From Aquificaceae bacterium (GTDB lineage Bacteria; Aquificota; Aquificia; Aquificales; Aquificaceae): a DNA stretch of 64,000 nt. The stretch spans positions 544,001-608,000 of the forward strand of contig JAXSNR010000001.1 in the NCBI GenBank assembly GCA_037925075.1, read 5' to 3'. The number at the start of each line of letters is the position of its first letter. The first letter of the stretch is position 1. Below, one piece after another: positions 10,407 to 21,411 of the stretch. Under the pieces are notes generated by a model. It had not been told where the DNA came from. It did no database searches and saw nothing but the letters and a program-made list of their open reading frames with translations. Made by a program: the position numbers and the translations under genes.

Positions 10407-10466
10407 TGCCAAGATAACAAGGGACTTAAAGCCCCTATAACCTTGGAGTGAGTATAATTATACCGC

Positions 10467-11096
10467 ATGAAAATAAAGGTCTTTTCCTCAAACAAAACGG
10501 AGGATATCCTGCTTAGGTTTCTTCGGAGGCTAATTAAAACTTTCCTCAAAAGCCACAAGGTTTGTCATATAGCTTTGGCTGGTGGGAAAACTCCCATGAA
10601 GCTTTATAGAATGCTTTCTTCCGAAAGTCTTCAGTGGGATAGGTTAAGGTTTTACCTGAGCGATGAAAGGTATGTGCCCATTTCTTCCGACCTTAGCAAC
10701 TACAAAAACATCAGGGAAGCTTTGGGAGAGAGGGCAAGGCTTGCCTTTTTCAAAACGGAGATGCCACCGGAAGAGTGTGCCATGGACTACAGCCTTCAAC
10801 TACCTGAAAGGCTTCATATTGCCTTGCTTGGTGTAGGCTCCGATGGGCATACCGCCTCCTTGTTTCCACAGGTGGAATGTGAAGATGTTAGCCCAAAGGT
10901 TTGCTTGAGTAGGTCTCCGGATGGGCTTTTGAGGCTTTCTTTAAAAGAAGAATATCTAAACTCTTCCTGTGTGGTGGTGTTTTTCCTAAAGGGGGAAGAA
11001 AAAAGGCAGGCTCTTGAGTGGCTCCTAAGCGAAGGTTCCGTTCCCGCAGGAAGGATTAGAGGCAGACTAAGGAGTTATGCATTTACAGATTTATAA
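10467..11096 (+). CDS. pgl: 6-phosphogluconolactonase
   Basis: IALAGGKTP, DERYVP, SN, LLGVGSDGHTASLFP; follows zwf. Confidence 0.92.
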   Translation: MKIKVFSSNKTEDILLRFLRRLIKTFLKSHKVCHIALAGGKTPMKLYRMLSSESLQWDRLRFYLSDERYVPISSDLSNYKNIREALGERARLAFFKTEMPPEECAMDYSLQLPERLHIALLGVGSDGHTASLFPQVECEDVSPKVCLSRSPDGLLRLSLKEEYLNSSCVVVFFLKGEEKRQALEWLLSEGSVPAGRIRGRLRSYAFTDL

Positions 11097-11103
11097 TTAA
11101 CCT

Positions 11104-12438
11104 ATGGAAGCCCACATCCTTGTGGTGGATGATGAGAAGTCCATAAGGGAAACCTTAAGGGCTATTCTTGAAGAAGAGGGCTACAAGGTAGCCACCGCAG
11201 ACAGCATAAAATCCATGAAGGAAAAGGTGGAGAGGCATTTTTTTCACTGCGTGCTTTTAGACCTTTGGCTTCCAGATGGCAACGGGCTTGAATATATTGC
11301 CTACCTTAAGGAAAAGCTTCCCGGATCCGCCATCATAGTCATAACAGGACATGGCAAAACGGAGCATGCGGTAAGGTCCATAAGGGAAGGTGCCTACGAC
11401 TTTCTTGAAAAGCCCTTTTCTATAGACAGGCTTTTGACCACCGTAGAAAAAGCCCTAAAGGAGACCATAAGGTCCAGAAGGGAAGAGGAAGAAGACCCAA
11501 TAATTGGCAAAAGTAGGAAAATCCTTCAGATAAAGGAGCTTATCCACAAGGTCGCAAAGACCAACGCCAGCATCCTTATAGTTGGTGAAAGTGGGACGGG
11601 AAAGGAGCTTGTCGCAAGGAGAATACATAAGCTTTCAGATAGGTCCGAGGGACCCTTTGTAGATATAAACTGTGCGGGACTTCCCGATGAGCTTGTAGAG
11701 GCGGAGCTCTTTGGCTACGAAAAGGGAGCCTTTACTTCCGCCAGTCAGAGAAAGCTGGGCAAGATTGAGCTGGCTCACGGTGGAACCCTGTTCCTTGATG
11801 AGGTCTCCGAGCTAAGCCCAAGGGCTCAGGCAAAGCTTTTAAGAGTCCTTGAAACAAAGGAATTCACAAGGCTTGGAGGAACGCAAGTTATCAGGTCCGA
11901 CTTTAGGCTAATCTGTGCCACCAACAAGGACCTACAAGAGGAGGTAAAAAAAGGAAGCTTCAGAGAAGACCTTTATCATAGGATATCCACCTTTGTGATA
12001 AGCCTTCCACCACTCAGGGAAAGGGGAGAAGATATAGTCCTTCTTGCGGAGTACTTTCTTTCAAAGTTTCTTGCGGAGTACCGCAAGCCACCCAAATACC
12101 TAAGCGAGGAAGCAAAAAGGCTTCTTGAAACCTACCAGTGGAAGGGAAATGTAAGGGAGCTAAAAAACCTTATGGAAAGGCTTGTTATACTCCATGAGGG
12201 CACCCAGATAACAGAAAAGGACTTGCGAAGCCTTCTTGGCTTTGACCATGAGCCGGAGGACATAAGGTCCCTTCTTATGGAAAAGGACCTAAGAAGGGCA
12301 CGCCAAGCCTTTGAAAAGCTTTTCATTGAAAGGAAGCTAAGGGAGAACAACTACGACCTTAAAAAAACCGCAGAAGCCATAGGCATAGACCTTTCAAACC
12401 TCTACAGGAAGATAAGGTACTACGAGATAGAGATATAA
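11104..12438 (+). CDS. Sigma54-type response regulator REC-AAA+-HTH, NtrC4-like
   Basis: Receiver (VVDDE, LDLW, FLEKP), GESGTGKE, GAFTSA, FREDL, WKGNVREL, Fis-type HTH IGIDLSNLYRKI. Confidence 0.93.
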   Translation: MEAHILVVDDEKSIRETLRAILEEEGYKVATADSIKSMKEKVERHFFHCVLLDLWLPDGNGLEYIAYLKEKLPGSAIIVITGHGKTEHAVRSIREGAYDFLEKPFSIDRLLTTVEKALKETIRSRREEEEDPIIGKSRKILQIKELIHKVAKTNASILIVGESGTGKELVARRIHKLSDRSEGPFVDINCAGLPDELVEAELFGYEKGAFTSASQRKLGKIELAHGGTLFLDEVSELSPRAQAKLLRVLETKEFTRLGGTQVIRSDFRLICATNKDLQEEVKKGSFREDLYHRISTFVISLPPLRERGEDIVLLAEYFLSKFLAEYRKPPKYLSEEAKRLLETYQWKGNVRELKNLMERLVILHEGTQITEKDLRSLLGFDHEPEDIRSLLMEKDLRRARQAFEKLFIERKLRENNYDLKKTAEAIGIDLSNLYRKIRYYEIEI

Positions 12439-12442
12439 TTAA

Positions 12443-13903
<1,461 letters not shown>

Positions 13904-14908
13904 TTACAAAATTAGCATGCCATCACCGTAGCTGTAAAACCTGTACCCTTCCCTTATGGCCTCTCTGTAGGCATTGAGGATAAACTCCCTTCCACCAAAG
14001 GCACACACAAGAAAAAGAAGGGAAGACCTCGGCAGGTGAAAGTTGGTAATAAGGGCATCCACCACCTTAAACTGGTAGCCCGGGTATATGTACAGGTCTG
14101 TCCAGCCTTCGAAGGGTTCAAAGCCAGCGGTTTCCAAAGCTCTAACTACGGTGGTGCCTACCGCCACAACCCTGCCACCCTTAGCCTTTGTTTCTTTTAT
14201 CAACTCTATGGTCTCCTCTGGCACCTTTACATACTCTGGATCCACGCGGTGAAGCTCCACCTCTTGAACCTTTACAGGCTTAAAGGTACCATAGGACACA
14301 TGAAGGGTTATAAAGGCTTTCCTTATTCCGTACTCCTCAAGCCTTCTCAAAAGCTCTTCGGAAAAGTGAAGGCTTGCGGTAGGCGAGGCGACAGAGCCCT
14401 CCACCTGAGCAAAGACCGTCTGATAATAAACCCTGTCTAAGGGCTCCTCTTCCCTTTTAAGATAGGGGGGTATGGGAATTTTTCCGTGCTCGTCTAAGGC
14501 TTTTATGGGGTCTTGGGACAAAAGCCTTACCTTAAACCTGCCACCCTCTATATGTTGGAGCACTTCCACCTGTAGGTCATCTGCCACATGTATCTTCAAA
14601 CCTTCTTTTATACCCTTGCCACCTATCAGGGCGTACCATCGCTCCTTGTCTATAAAGTCTGTTAGAAGGACTTCTACCTTGCCACCTGTGGGCTTTTGTC
14701 CATAGAGCCTTGCGGGTAAAACCTTTGAGTTGTTAAAAACCAAAAGGTCTCCCCCCTTCAGATAAAGGGGCAGGTTCCAAAAGATATCATGCCTTATACT
14801 CTTTTCTTTCCTGTCAAGGACCATAAGCCTTGCCTTGTGCCTTGGCTGGACAGGGTATTTTGCTATAAGCTCCTCAGAAAACTCATAGTCAAAGTCCTCT
14901 GTTTTCAT
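13904..14908 (-). CDS. queA: SAM:tRNA ribosyltransferase-isomerase
   Basis: PIPPYL, YQTVFA, GSVASPTASLHF, VGTTVVRALE, TNFHLPRS, YRFYSYGD. Confidence 0.97.
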   Translation of the reverse strand: MKTEDFDYEFSEELIAKYPVQPRHKARLMVLDRKEKSIRHDIFWNLPLYLKGGDLLVFNNSKVLPARLYGQKPTGGKVEVLLTDFIDKERWYALIGGKGIKEGLKIHVADDLQVEVLQHIEGGRFKVRLLSQDPIKALDEHGKIPIPPYLKREEEPLDRVYYQTVFAQVEGSVASPTASLHFSEELLRRLEEYGIRKAFITLHVSYGTFKPVKVQEVELHRVDPEYVKVPEETIELIKETKAKGGRVVAVGTTVVRALETAGFEPFEGWTDLYIYPGYQFKVVDALITNFHLPRSSLLFLVCAFGGREFILNAYREAIREGYRFYSYGDGMLIL

Positions 14909-16092
14909 TCTCTCGCAAGATACTTGAGAATAACAGGTGCAACGAGTGTGGTCGTTGCCACTACAAAGATGACCACCGCATAAAGAAGGTCGTCGTACAG
15001 ACCGCTTTGCCTCCCAAACTCCGCAAATATAAGACCCACCTCACCCCTTGGAAGCATGGAAAAGCCTATCAAAAGCTTTTCCCTTAGCGTTCCTTTTACG
15101 AAAAACCCAGATATAACCTTTCCAAAGATTGCCACAAGCAGAATAAGTAAAGAAAGGCTCCAAAACTTTATGGAGGTAAAGTCTATTGCCTTTAGGTTTA
15201 GCTGAAGTCCCACATAGACGAAAAATATGGGTGTTAAAACCCACACAAGGGGCATGATGGTATGTTCTACCTTGTGGGCGAGTTTTTCGTCCGTTTTCAA
15301 AAACACCGCAAAGGGTAGTGCAAAACGTCTTGAAAAGGCAAGCCCTGCGGTAAAGGCTCCAAGTATCTCTGGAGAGCCTACTTTGTGAGCAAGGAAGGCA
15401 AAGAGAAATACGGTCGCAACCACCGTAGGCGGTATAAAGTCCTCCGTTTTGAGCCTTCTGGAAAGTATGGCTATTACCCTTGCGAGAATTTGGGCAAGTA
15501 TGGGCGAGAAGATAAAGAAGGTGGCAATGTACAAAACAAGCATGGCAAGGGCATCAAAATGAACCACCCCTTCCTTTGAAAACTCATACAACCCCGCAAG
15601 CACTATAACTCCAAAGATATCGTCAAGCACCGCAGCACCCAAAACTATCTGTGCAAACCTTTCCTTCATCTTTCCAAGGTCGTCAAGCACCCTTACAGTT
15701 ATGCCGATGCTTGTTGCCGTCAAAGTACCACCTATAAAGAGGGAAACGGTAAGCGGTAAATTCAAAAGATAGTAGCTCAAAAGGGTTCCAATAGCCATAG
15801 GTGTAAAGGCACCCACAAAGGCAACCACAAAGGCGGATAAGCCTACTTTTTTTAGCTGGTTTATGTCCGCCTCAAGCCCTATATGGAAAAGAAGAAGTAT
15901 TACACCTATCTCCGCAAGTAGCCTTATAACCTCGTTGGGCTGGATAAGACCAAGGGCACTTTTGCCAAGCAAAACGCCCACCAGTATCTCCCCAAGGACA
16001 GGAGGAAGCCCAAACCTTCCAAAGGTGTCTCCTATTACTCTTGCAAGAAAGAGTATTATGGCAAGGTAGAGAAAGATGGTGTGAAGGTCCAT
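14905..16092 (-). CDS. CPA2-family cation:proton antiporter (NapA-like)
   Basis: About 12 TM segments; TATSIGIT, AAVLDDI, MLPRGEVGL. Confidence 0.9.
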   Translation of the reverse strand: MDLHTIFLYLAIILFLARVIGDTFGRFGLPPVLGEILVGVLLGKSALGLIQPNEVIRLLAEIGVILLLFHIGLEADINQLKKVGLSAFVVAFVGAFTPMAIGTLLSYYLLNLPLTVSLFIGGTLTATSIGITVRVLDDLGKMKERFAQIVLGAAVLDDIFGVIVLAGLYEFSKEGVVHFDALAMLVLYIATFFIFSPILAQILARVIAILSRRLKTEDFIPPTVVATVFLFAFLAHKVGSPEILGAFTAGLAFSRRFALPFAVFLKTDEKLAHKVEHTIMPLVWVLTPIFFVYVGLQLNLKAIDFTSIKFWSLSLLILLVAIFGKVISGFFVKGTLREKLLIGFSMLPRGEVGLIFAEFGRQSGLYDDLLYAVVIFVVATTTLVAPVILKYLARE

Positions 16093-16095
16093 GGC

Positions 16096-16542
16096 TCATA
16101 TATTATAACCCGTTGAGCCAAAGCCTCCGTCGGACCTTTGAGTGGTGCTTAGCTCCTTGACCTCCTCCAACTCAGCTTTGACCACAGAGCATATGACCAT
16201 CTGGGCTATCCTGTCTCCCCTGTTTATCACAAAGTCCTCTTCCCCGAGGTTTATGAGTATTACCTTTATTTCCCCCCTGTAATCCGCATCTACGGTGCCG
16301 GGCGTGTTCAAAAGGGTTATGCCGTGTTTTATGGCAAGACCGCTTCTTGGTCTTATCTGAGCTTCAAAGCCCGGAGGCAGTTCAATTGCAATGCCGGTAG
16401 GTACAAGGACCCTTTGCATAGGCTTTAAAACTACAGGCTCATAAATTGCAGCAGTAAGGTCCATTCCAGAGGCATGCTCTGTGGCGTAAAAGGGCAGTGG
16501 CAAGTCTTCTGCGTGCGGAAGTCTTTTAATTTTTATTTTCAT
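16096..16542 (-). CDS. dut: dUTP diphosphatase
   Basis: [35 protein letters not shown]; real start MKIKIK at 16542 with a GGAG/AAGG RBS. Confidence 0.96.
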   Translation of the reverse strand: MKIKIKRLPHAEDLPLPFYATEHASGMDLTAAIYEPVVLKPMQRVLVPTGIAIELPPGFEAQIRPRSGLAIKHGITLLNTPGTVDADYRGEIKVILINLGEEDFVINRGDRIAQMVICSVVKAELEEVKELSTTQRSDGGFGSTGYNI

Positions 16543-16554
16543 AGCCTTTCTCCA

Positions 16555-16626
16555 AGCCGGCGGTGGGATTTGAACCCACGGCCTAGGCATTACGAGTGCC
16601 TCGCTCTGCCACTGAGCTACGCCGGC
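16555..16626 (-). tRNA. tRNA-Thr(CGT), CCA not encoded
   Basis: Acceptor GCCGGCG/CGCCGGC, D arm GCTC/GAGC, anticodon arm AGGCA-CTCGTAA-TGCCT, T loop GTTCAAATC. Confidence 0.96.
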
Positions 16627-18695
16627 TCTTTAATGCCCATGTTGGTAAGCTTTGCCCTTCCCTGCTCATCGATCTCTAACACCTTTACAAAAAGCTCATC
16701 CCCAACGCTAAAGCGAGCCCTCACATCTTTAATATATCCTTCCATCTTGCTCACATGCAAAAGCCCCACCTTTCCTGGTAGTATTTCCACAAAGACGCCG
16801 TAGGGCTCAACCCTTGTAATCTTGCCCTTATAGACCTTGCCCACCTCCACATCAGCGACTAGCCCTTGAATGATCCTTTTTACCTCCTCTATGGCTTCCT
16901 TTGAATTGGATGTGAGAGAAACCCTACCGCCTTCGTGCACCCAAACAGACACACCCATTTTGTCCCTAAACTCCTTAACATTCTTGCCACCTGGTCCTAT
17001 TACCACCAAAGCCTTGTCCTCTGGTATGGTGATGATCTCTATCTTAGGTGCGTAAGGAGACACTTCTTTTCTTGGTTCTGGTATTGCATCGTACATCTTC
17101 TCCAGAATGTAAAGCCTTCCTTCCTTTGCCTGATGGAGGGCTTCCTTCATTAACTCCTTTTTCAGACCCTTTATCTTTATGTCCATCTGCACACTGGTTA
17201 TACCGTCCCTTGTACCTGCCACCTTAAAGTCCATGTCTCCAAGCTGGTCCTCGTCTCCCAAGATATCGGAAAGTATTGCGTACTTTTCTCCTTCCATTAT
17301 GAGCCCCATGGCTATGCCTGCCACATGCTTCTTGAGGGGTACTCCCGCATCAAAGAGAGCCAAAGACCCAGCACACACGGTTGCCATAGAAGTGGACCCG
17401 TTGGATTCAAGGATGTTGGACACCACCCTTATGATGTAGGGAAACTCGGTTTCTGGTGGTATAAGGGGCTCTATGGCTCTTTCCGCCAGGGCTCCATGTC
17501 CTATCTCCCTTCTTCTTGGTGGACCCCACGGCTTGGCTTCACCGGTGGAAAAGGGTGGGAAGTTGTAGTGAAGCATGAACCTTTTAAAGGTTTCCCCTTC
17601 GTATATGCTTTCCACCATTTGAGCCTCTTCCGGTGAGCCTAAGGTCGCAGTGGCAAAAGCCTGCGTTTGTCCCCTTGTGAATATGGCACTGCCGTGAGGT
17701 CTTTCAAAGGGATGTATCTGTATGCTTATAGGTCTTATATCCTTTGGACCCCTTCCATCTATACGCCTACCCTCTTCAAGAACCTGCCTTCTCATAAGCT
17801 TGCTTATAAGCTTTTTGTAGTTATAGCCAAGTTTAAAGTGCAGGTCCTCGGGAATTTGATATTTTTCTATAAACTCCTTGAGAATTTCAGACTGAAGGGT
17901 TTTCCTTTGCCTTTTATCTGAAATGCCAAAGGATTGGATTATCTTGGGAGTGCAAAAGTCTTCGAGCTGTCTCTGAAGCTCTTCGGGAAGCTCCATGCCT
18001 TCAAAGGCTACCTTTGGGACTCCAACCCTGTTTCTTAAATCTTCTTGAACTTTCAAAAGGTCCTGTATGGCGGAAAGCCCAAAGTAAAGTGCTTCTACAA
18101 AGGTGTCCTCATCTACCTCTTTGGCTCCACCTTCCACCATCACTATGGCATCCTTGCTTCCCGCCATAACTATCTCAAGGTCTGCCCTTTGCCTTTCTTC
18201 ATAAGTGGGGTTTGCTACAAACTTGCCATCTACTCTGCAAACTCTTACACCCGCTATAGGACCATCAAATGGTATGCGTGATATGTGAAGTGCAGTAGAA
18301 GCTCCAGTTATGGCAAGCACATCTGGGTCGTACTTGTCGTCCGCAGACAAGGTAAGGGCGGTGATTATTACATCGTGGAAAAAGCCCTCGGGAAGCATAG
18401 GTCTTATGGGTCTGTCTATGACCCTTGATACAAGCACCTCTCTGTCCGTGGGCTTGCCCTCCCTTTTTACAAAGCCACCGGGTATTTTCCCCCAAGCGGA
18501 AGATTGCTCCCTGTAATCCACCGAAAGAGGAACAAAGTCTATGCCCTCTACAGGCTCTTCGGACATGACCGTGGTCACCAGCACCGCGGTATCACCCTGA
18601 CGAACAACCACCGCACCATCCGCCAGCTTTGCGTAATGCCCAGTTTCTATGATTATTTCCGATTCTCCCAACTGCGCACTCGTCCTTTCCATCAT
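16617..18695 (-). CDS. pnp: Polyribonucleotide nucleotidyltransferase (PNPase)
   Basis: [45 protein letters not shown] and S1 domains. Confidence 0.98.
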   Translation of the reverse strand: MMERTSAQLGESEIIIETGHYAKLADGAVVVRQGDTAVLVTTVMSEEPVEGIDFVPLSVDYREQSSAWGKIPGGFVKREGKPTDREVLVSRVIDRPIRPMLPEGFFHDVIITALTLSADDKYDPDVLAITGASTALHISRIPFDGPIAGVRVCRVDGKFVANPTYEERQRADLEIVMAGSKDAIVMVEGGAKEVDEDTFVEALYFGLSAIQDLLKVQEDLRNRVGVPKVAFEGMELPEELQRQLEDFCTPKIIQSFGISDKRQRKTLQSEILKEFIEKYQIPEDLHFKLGYNYKKLISKLMRRQVLEEGRRIDGRGPKDIRPISIQIHPFERPHGSAIFTRGQTQAFATATLGSPEEAQMVESIYEGETFKRFMLHYNFPPFSTGEAKPWGPPRRREIGHGALAERAIEPLIPPETEFPYIIRVVSNILESNGSTSMATVCAGSLALFDAGVPLKKHVAGIAMGLIMEGEKYAILSDILGDEDQLGDMDFKVAGTRDGITSVQMDIKIKGLKKELMKEALHQAKEGRLYILEKMYDAIPEPRKEVSPYAPKIEIITIPEDKALVVIGPGGKNVKEFRDKMGVSVWVHEGGRVSLTSNSKEAIEEVKRIIQGLVADVEVGKVYKGKITRVEPYGVFVEILPGKVGLLHVSKMEGYIKDVRARFSVGDELFVKVLEIDEQGRAKLTNMGIKEPA

Positions 18696-18964
18696 TTAAC
18701 CTTCAGCCCAAGTCTCTGTACTATCTCTAAATACCTCTTGTAGTCTCTTTCCTTGAGGTATTCAAGGTGCCTTCTCCTTGCGTGTATGAGGGCTATAAGG
18801 CCTCTTCTTGAGTGAATGTCCTTTTTGTGCTTTTTGAGATGTTCTGTGAGCTTGTTTATACGCTCTGTTAGTATGGCTATCTGCACCTCTGGCGAACCCG
18901 TATCCTTTTCATGCCTTTGGAAGCTCCTTATAAGCTCCTCTTTTAGTGTCTTTGGTAATGCCAT
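18692..18964 (-). CDS. rpsO: 30S ribosomal protein S15
   Basis: [30 protein letters not shown] before ATG 18964. Confidence 0.97.
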   Translation of the reverse strand: MALPKTLKEELIRSFQRHEKDTGSPEVQIAILTERINKLTEHLKKHKKDIHSRRGLIALIHARRRHLEYLKERDYKRYLEIVQRLGLKVK

Positions 18965-19004
18965 CTCTTTCCTCCTGAGTTTCTTCAAAAGATATTATTA
19001 TATC

Positions 19005-19310
19005 TCAACCACCACCGTATTCGCTCTGGTCTATTTCCATCAGAAACTCTTCCACCATATCCTTTATAAGTTTTACAGTTTCATGAACCGGGGCATCAAG
19101 GTAGTATTCAAAAAGTTCTATTTTTCTCTCGTGAAAATGTTGCTCGTCCGTGTAGTATCTTAGAAGTAGGTAGGGAGTTTTAAAGCTTTGGTCAAAGTTG
19201 GGATCTTCGGGTGTTATAATATCGTACTCCACATCAAGACCTCTAAGACTTTCCCCAAGGGCTTTTCTCAGTTCTTCTATCTTGGCACTGTAAATCTTCC
19301 AGTCTTTCAT
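19005..19310 (-). CDS. Acidic hypothetical protein (about 101 aa)
   Basis: Host-like codons; ATG 19310 avoids overlap with rnr and has TAAAAT 8 nt upstream. Confidence 0.7.
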   Translation of the reverse strand: MKDWKIYSAKIEELRKALGESLRGLDVEYDIITPEDPNFDQSFKTPYLLLRYYTDEQHFHERKIELFEYYLDAPVHETVKLIKDMVEEFLMEIDQSEYGGG

Positions 19311-19326
19311 GGTTAAATATTTTACA

Positions 19327-21411
19327 ATGGAAGGGGTTTCCATAGAGGGGCAGATCCTGAATATACTCAAAGGTAGCAAGAAGCCCCTCAGCTTTGAGGA
19401 CATACTCCAAAGGCTTGGGCTTGGCCAGAAGGGAAGAAAAACCCTAAAAAAGGCATTAAAAAGCCTCAGAAAATCCGGTAGGCTCAGTCTTCAAAAGGGC
19501 AAGTACTTTTATGCAGAGGAGGAGATAGTAAGCGGAAAGGTAATACCCTATCCCGCGGGCTTTGGCTTTCTGCAGGTGGGAGAAGGCAAAAAGGACATAT
19601 ACATACCACCCTTTGAGATGGTAAGGCTCTTTGGGGGTGATGTGGTAAAGGCAAAGGTGGTGGAATACAAGGGGAAAAGGGAGATAAGGGTTCTAAGAGT
19701 GCTCAAAAGGGCAAAAAGGGAGATAGTTTGTAAAATCCAAAAAAAGAAAAGGTCTTGCCTTGCTTTGCCTGTGGATGAAAACCAGCATCAGACCATAATT
19801 CTTGAAAAGGGCAAGTGTGAAGATTTAAAGGATGGTACCCTTGTGGTGGTGGAGATAAAAAGGTTTCCCACAAAGGGCCATCCTGCGGTAGGTAGAATAA
19901 GGGAAGTGTTGGGACATCCGGAAGAAAAAAATCTAACTATAGAGGTGCTTATAAGAAAGTACAACTTACCAACCTCTTATCCTGAAGAGGTGCTAAAGGA
20001 AGTAGGAAGCATACAGGTGGATTGGGAGAAGGAGCTAAAAAGAAGAAGGAACCTAACAGACCAGCTATGCTTTACCATAGATCCAGAGAGGGCAAAGGAC
20101 TTTGACGATGCGGTCGCAATAGAAAAAACTCCGGAAGGTTATAGGCTCTGGGTCCATATAGCGGATGTTTCCTATTTTGTAAAGGAAGGCTCAGCCACAG
20201 ACAAGGAAGCCTTTAAAAGAGGTTTTACCTTCTACCTGCCCGATAGGGCATTGCATATGCTTCCGGAAAGGCTTGCGGGTGACCTGTGCAGTTTAAAACC
20301 TAACGAAGACAGGCTTGCCTTTACTTGTGAGATGCTTTTTGACGAAAACGGGAGGCTTTTGGAGTACGACATATACGAAAGCGTAATAAGGAGCAAGGCA
20401 AGGCTTACCTACGATGAGGCTCTTAGGCTTATAGTAGGCGATCCAGCCTTGGAAAGTAGATACCCACAGCTTGTGAAACCCCTTAGGCTTATGGAAGACC
20501 TATACAGAATACTTTCAAAGATGAGGTGGGAAAGGGGAAGCATAGACTTTGACCTGCCGGAGGCGGAGCTTGTGGTGGATGAGTTTGGGGAGCCTGTAGC
20601 CCTCATGCCCTATGAAAGACATATTGCCCACAGGATAATAGAGCAGTTTATGATATCCGCCAACGAAACTGTGGCCATGCACCTTGAAAGCGTGGGATAC
20701 CCATGCCTCTATAGAGTTCATGAAAAGCCAGACCCTCAAAGGGTGGAAAATCTCCTTGAAATCCTTGCGGGACTTGGCTACAAGGTAAAAAAGCCCTCTT
20801 TAACTCCTAAGTTTTTCCAAAAGATAATAGAGGACTTTGAGGGACGTCCTGAGGAAAACCTTGTGAGGTTTTTGACCCTTAGAAGCATGAAAAGGGCTCA
20901 CTATTCTCCCCATAATCTCGGGCACTTTGGACTTGCGTCAGAACATTACGCTCACTTTACCTCACCTATAAGAAGATATCCAGACCTTATAGTCCATAGG
21001 CTTTTGAAAAGGGCTCTAAAAGGTGAAGATATAGACTATGAGAAAACCCTTGCCTATCTTGAGATGGCGGGTATGCATCTATCACAACAGGAAAGGCTTG
21101 CAGAAGAGGTAGAAAGAGAAGCCATAGACAGGCTAAAGGTTCGCTTTATGAAGGCTCACATGGGTGAAGAGTTTGAAGGTGTAATAACTGGAGTTATGTC
21201 CTTCGGTATCTTTGTGGAAATCCAAGAGTACCTTGTGGAAGGGCTTGTAAGTATTACCACCCTCAAGGAAGACCAATACATATACGACGAGCCAGCACAT
21301 AGGCTTGTGGGGGTAAGCAGTGGTAAGGTTTTTAGGCTTGGAGACAAGGTAAGGGTCAAGGTGGTAGGTATTGATGAAGAGAGGGCAAGACTGGACCTTG
21401 TTTTAGTTTAG
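19327..21411 (+). CDS. rnr: Ribonuclease R
   Basis: N-terminal HTH and CSD, TIDPERAKDFDDA, HFTSPIRRYPDL, C-terminal S1; start probably ATG 19327. Confidence 0.96.
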   Translation: MEGVSIEGQILNILKGSKKPLSFEDILQRLGLGQKGRKTLKKALKSLRKSGRLSLQKGKYFYAEEEIVSGKVIPYPAGFGFLQVGEGKKDIYIPPFEMVRLFGGDVVKAKVVEYKGKREIRVLRVLKRAKREIVCKIQKKKRSCLALPVDENQHQTIILEKGKCEDLKDGTLVVVEIKRFPTKGHPAVGRIREVLGHPEEKNLTIEVLIRKYNLPTSYPEEVLKEVGSIQVDWEKELKRRRNLTDQLCFTIDPERAKDFDDAVAIEKTPEGYRLWVHIADVSYFVKEGSATDKEAFKRGFTFYLPDRALHMLPERLAGDLCSLKPNEDRLAFTCEMLFDENGRLLEYDIYESVIRSKARLTYDEALRLIVGDPALESRYPQLVKPLRLMEDLYRILSKMRWERGSIDFDLPEAELVVDEFGEPVALMPYERHIAHRIIEQFMISANETVAMHLESVGYPCLYRVHEKPDPQRVENLLEILAGLGYKVKKPSLTPKFFQKIIEDFEGRPEENLVRFLTLRSMKRAHYSPHNLGHFGLASEHYAHFTSPIRRYPDLIVHRLLKRALKGEDIDYEKTLAYLEMAGMHLSQQERLAEEVEREAIDRLKVRFMKAHMGEEFEGVITGVMSFGIFVEIQEYLVEGLVSITTLKEDQYIYDEPAHRLVGVSSGKVFRLGDKVRVKVVGIDEERARLDLVLV

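Noticed and set aside
9296..11548. oriC at the AT-rich zwf-pgl gap, suggested by perfect DnaA boxes at 9296-9304 and 11540-11548
   Set aside because: Only two isolated boxes, both inside CDSs and 2.2 kb apart; the gap is explained by the CRISPR cassette
16543..16590. ORF-track N-terminal extension of dut ([16 protein letters not shown])
   Set aside because: It is the tRNA-Thr sequence read in frame; the RBS supports ATG 16542
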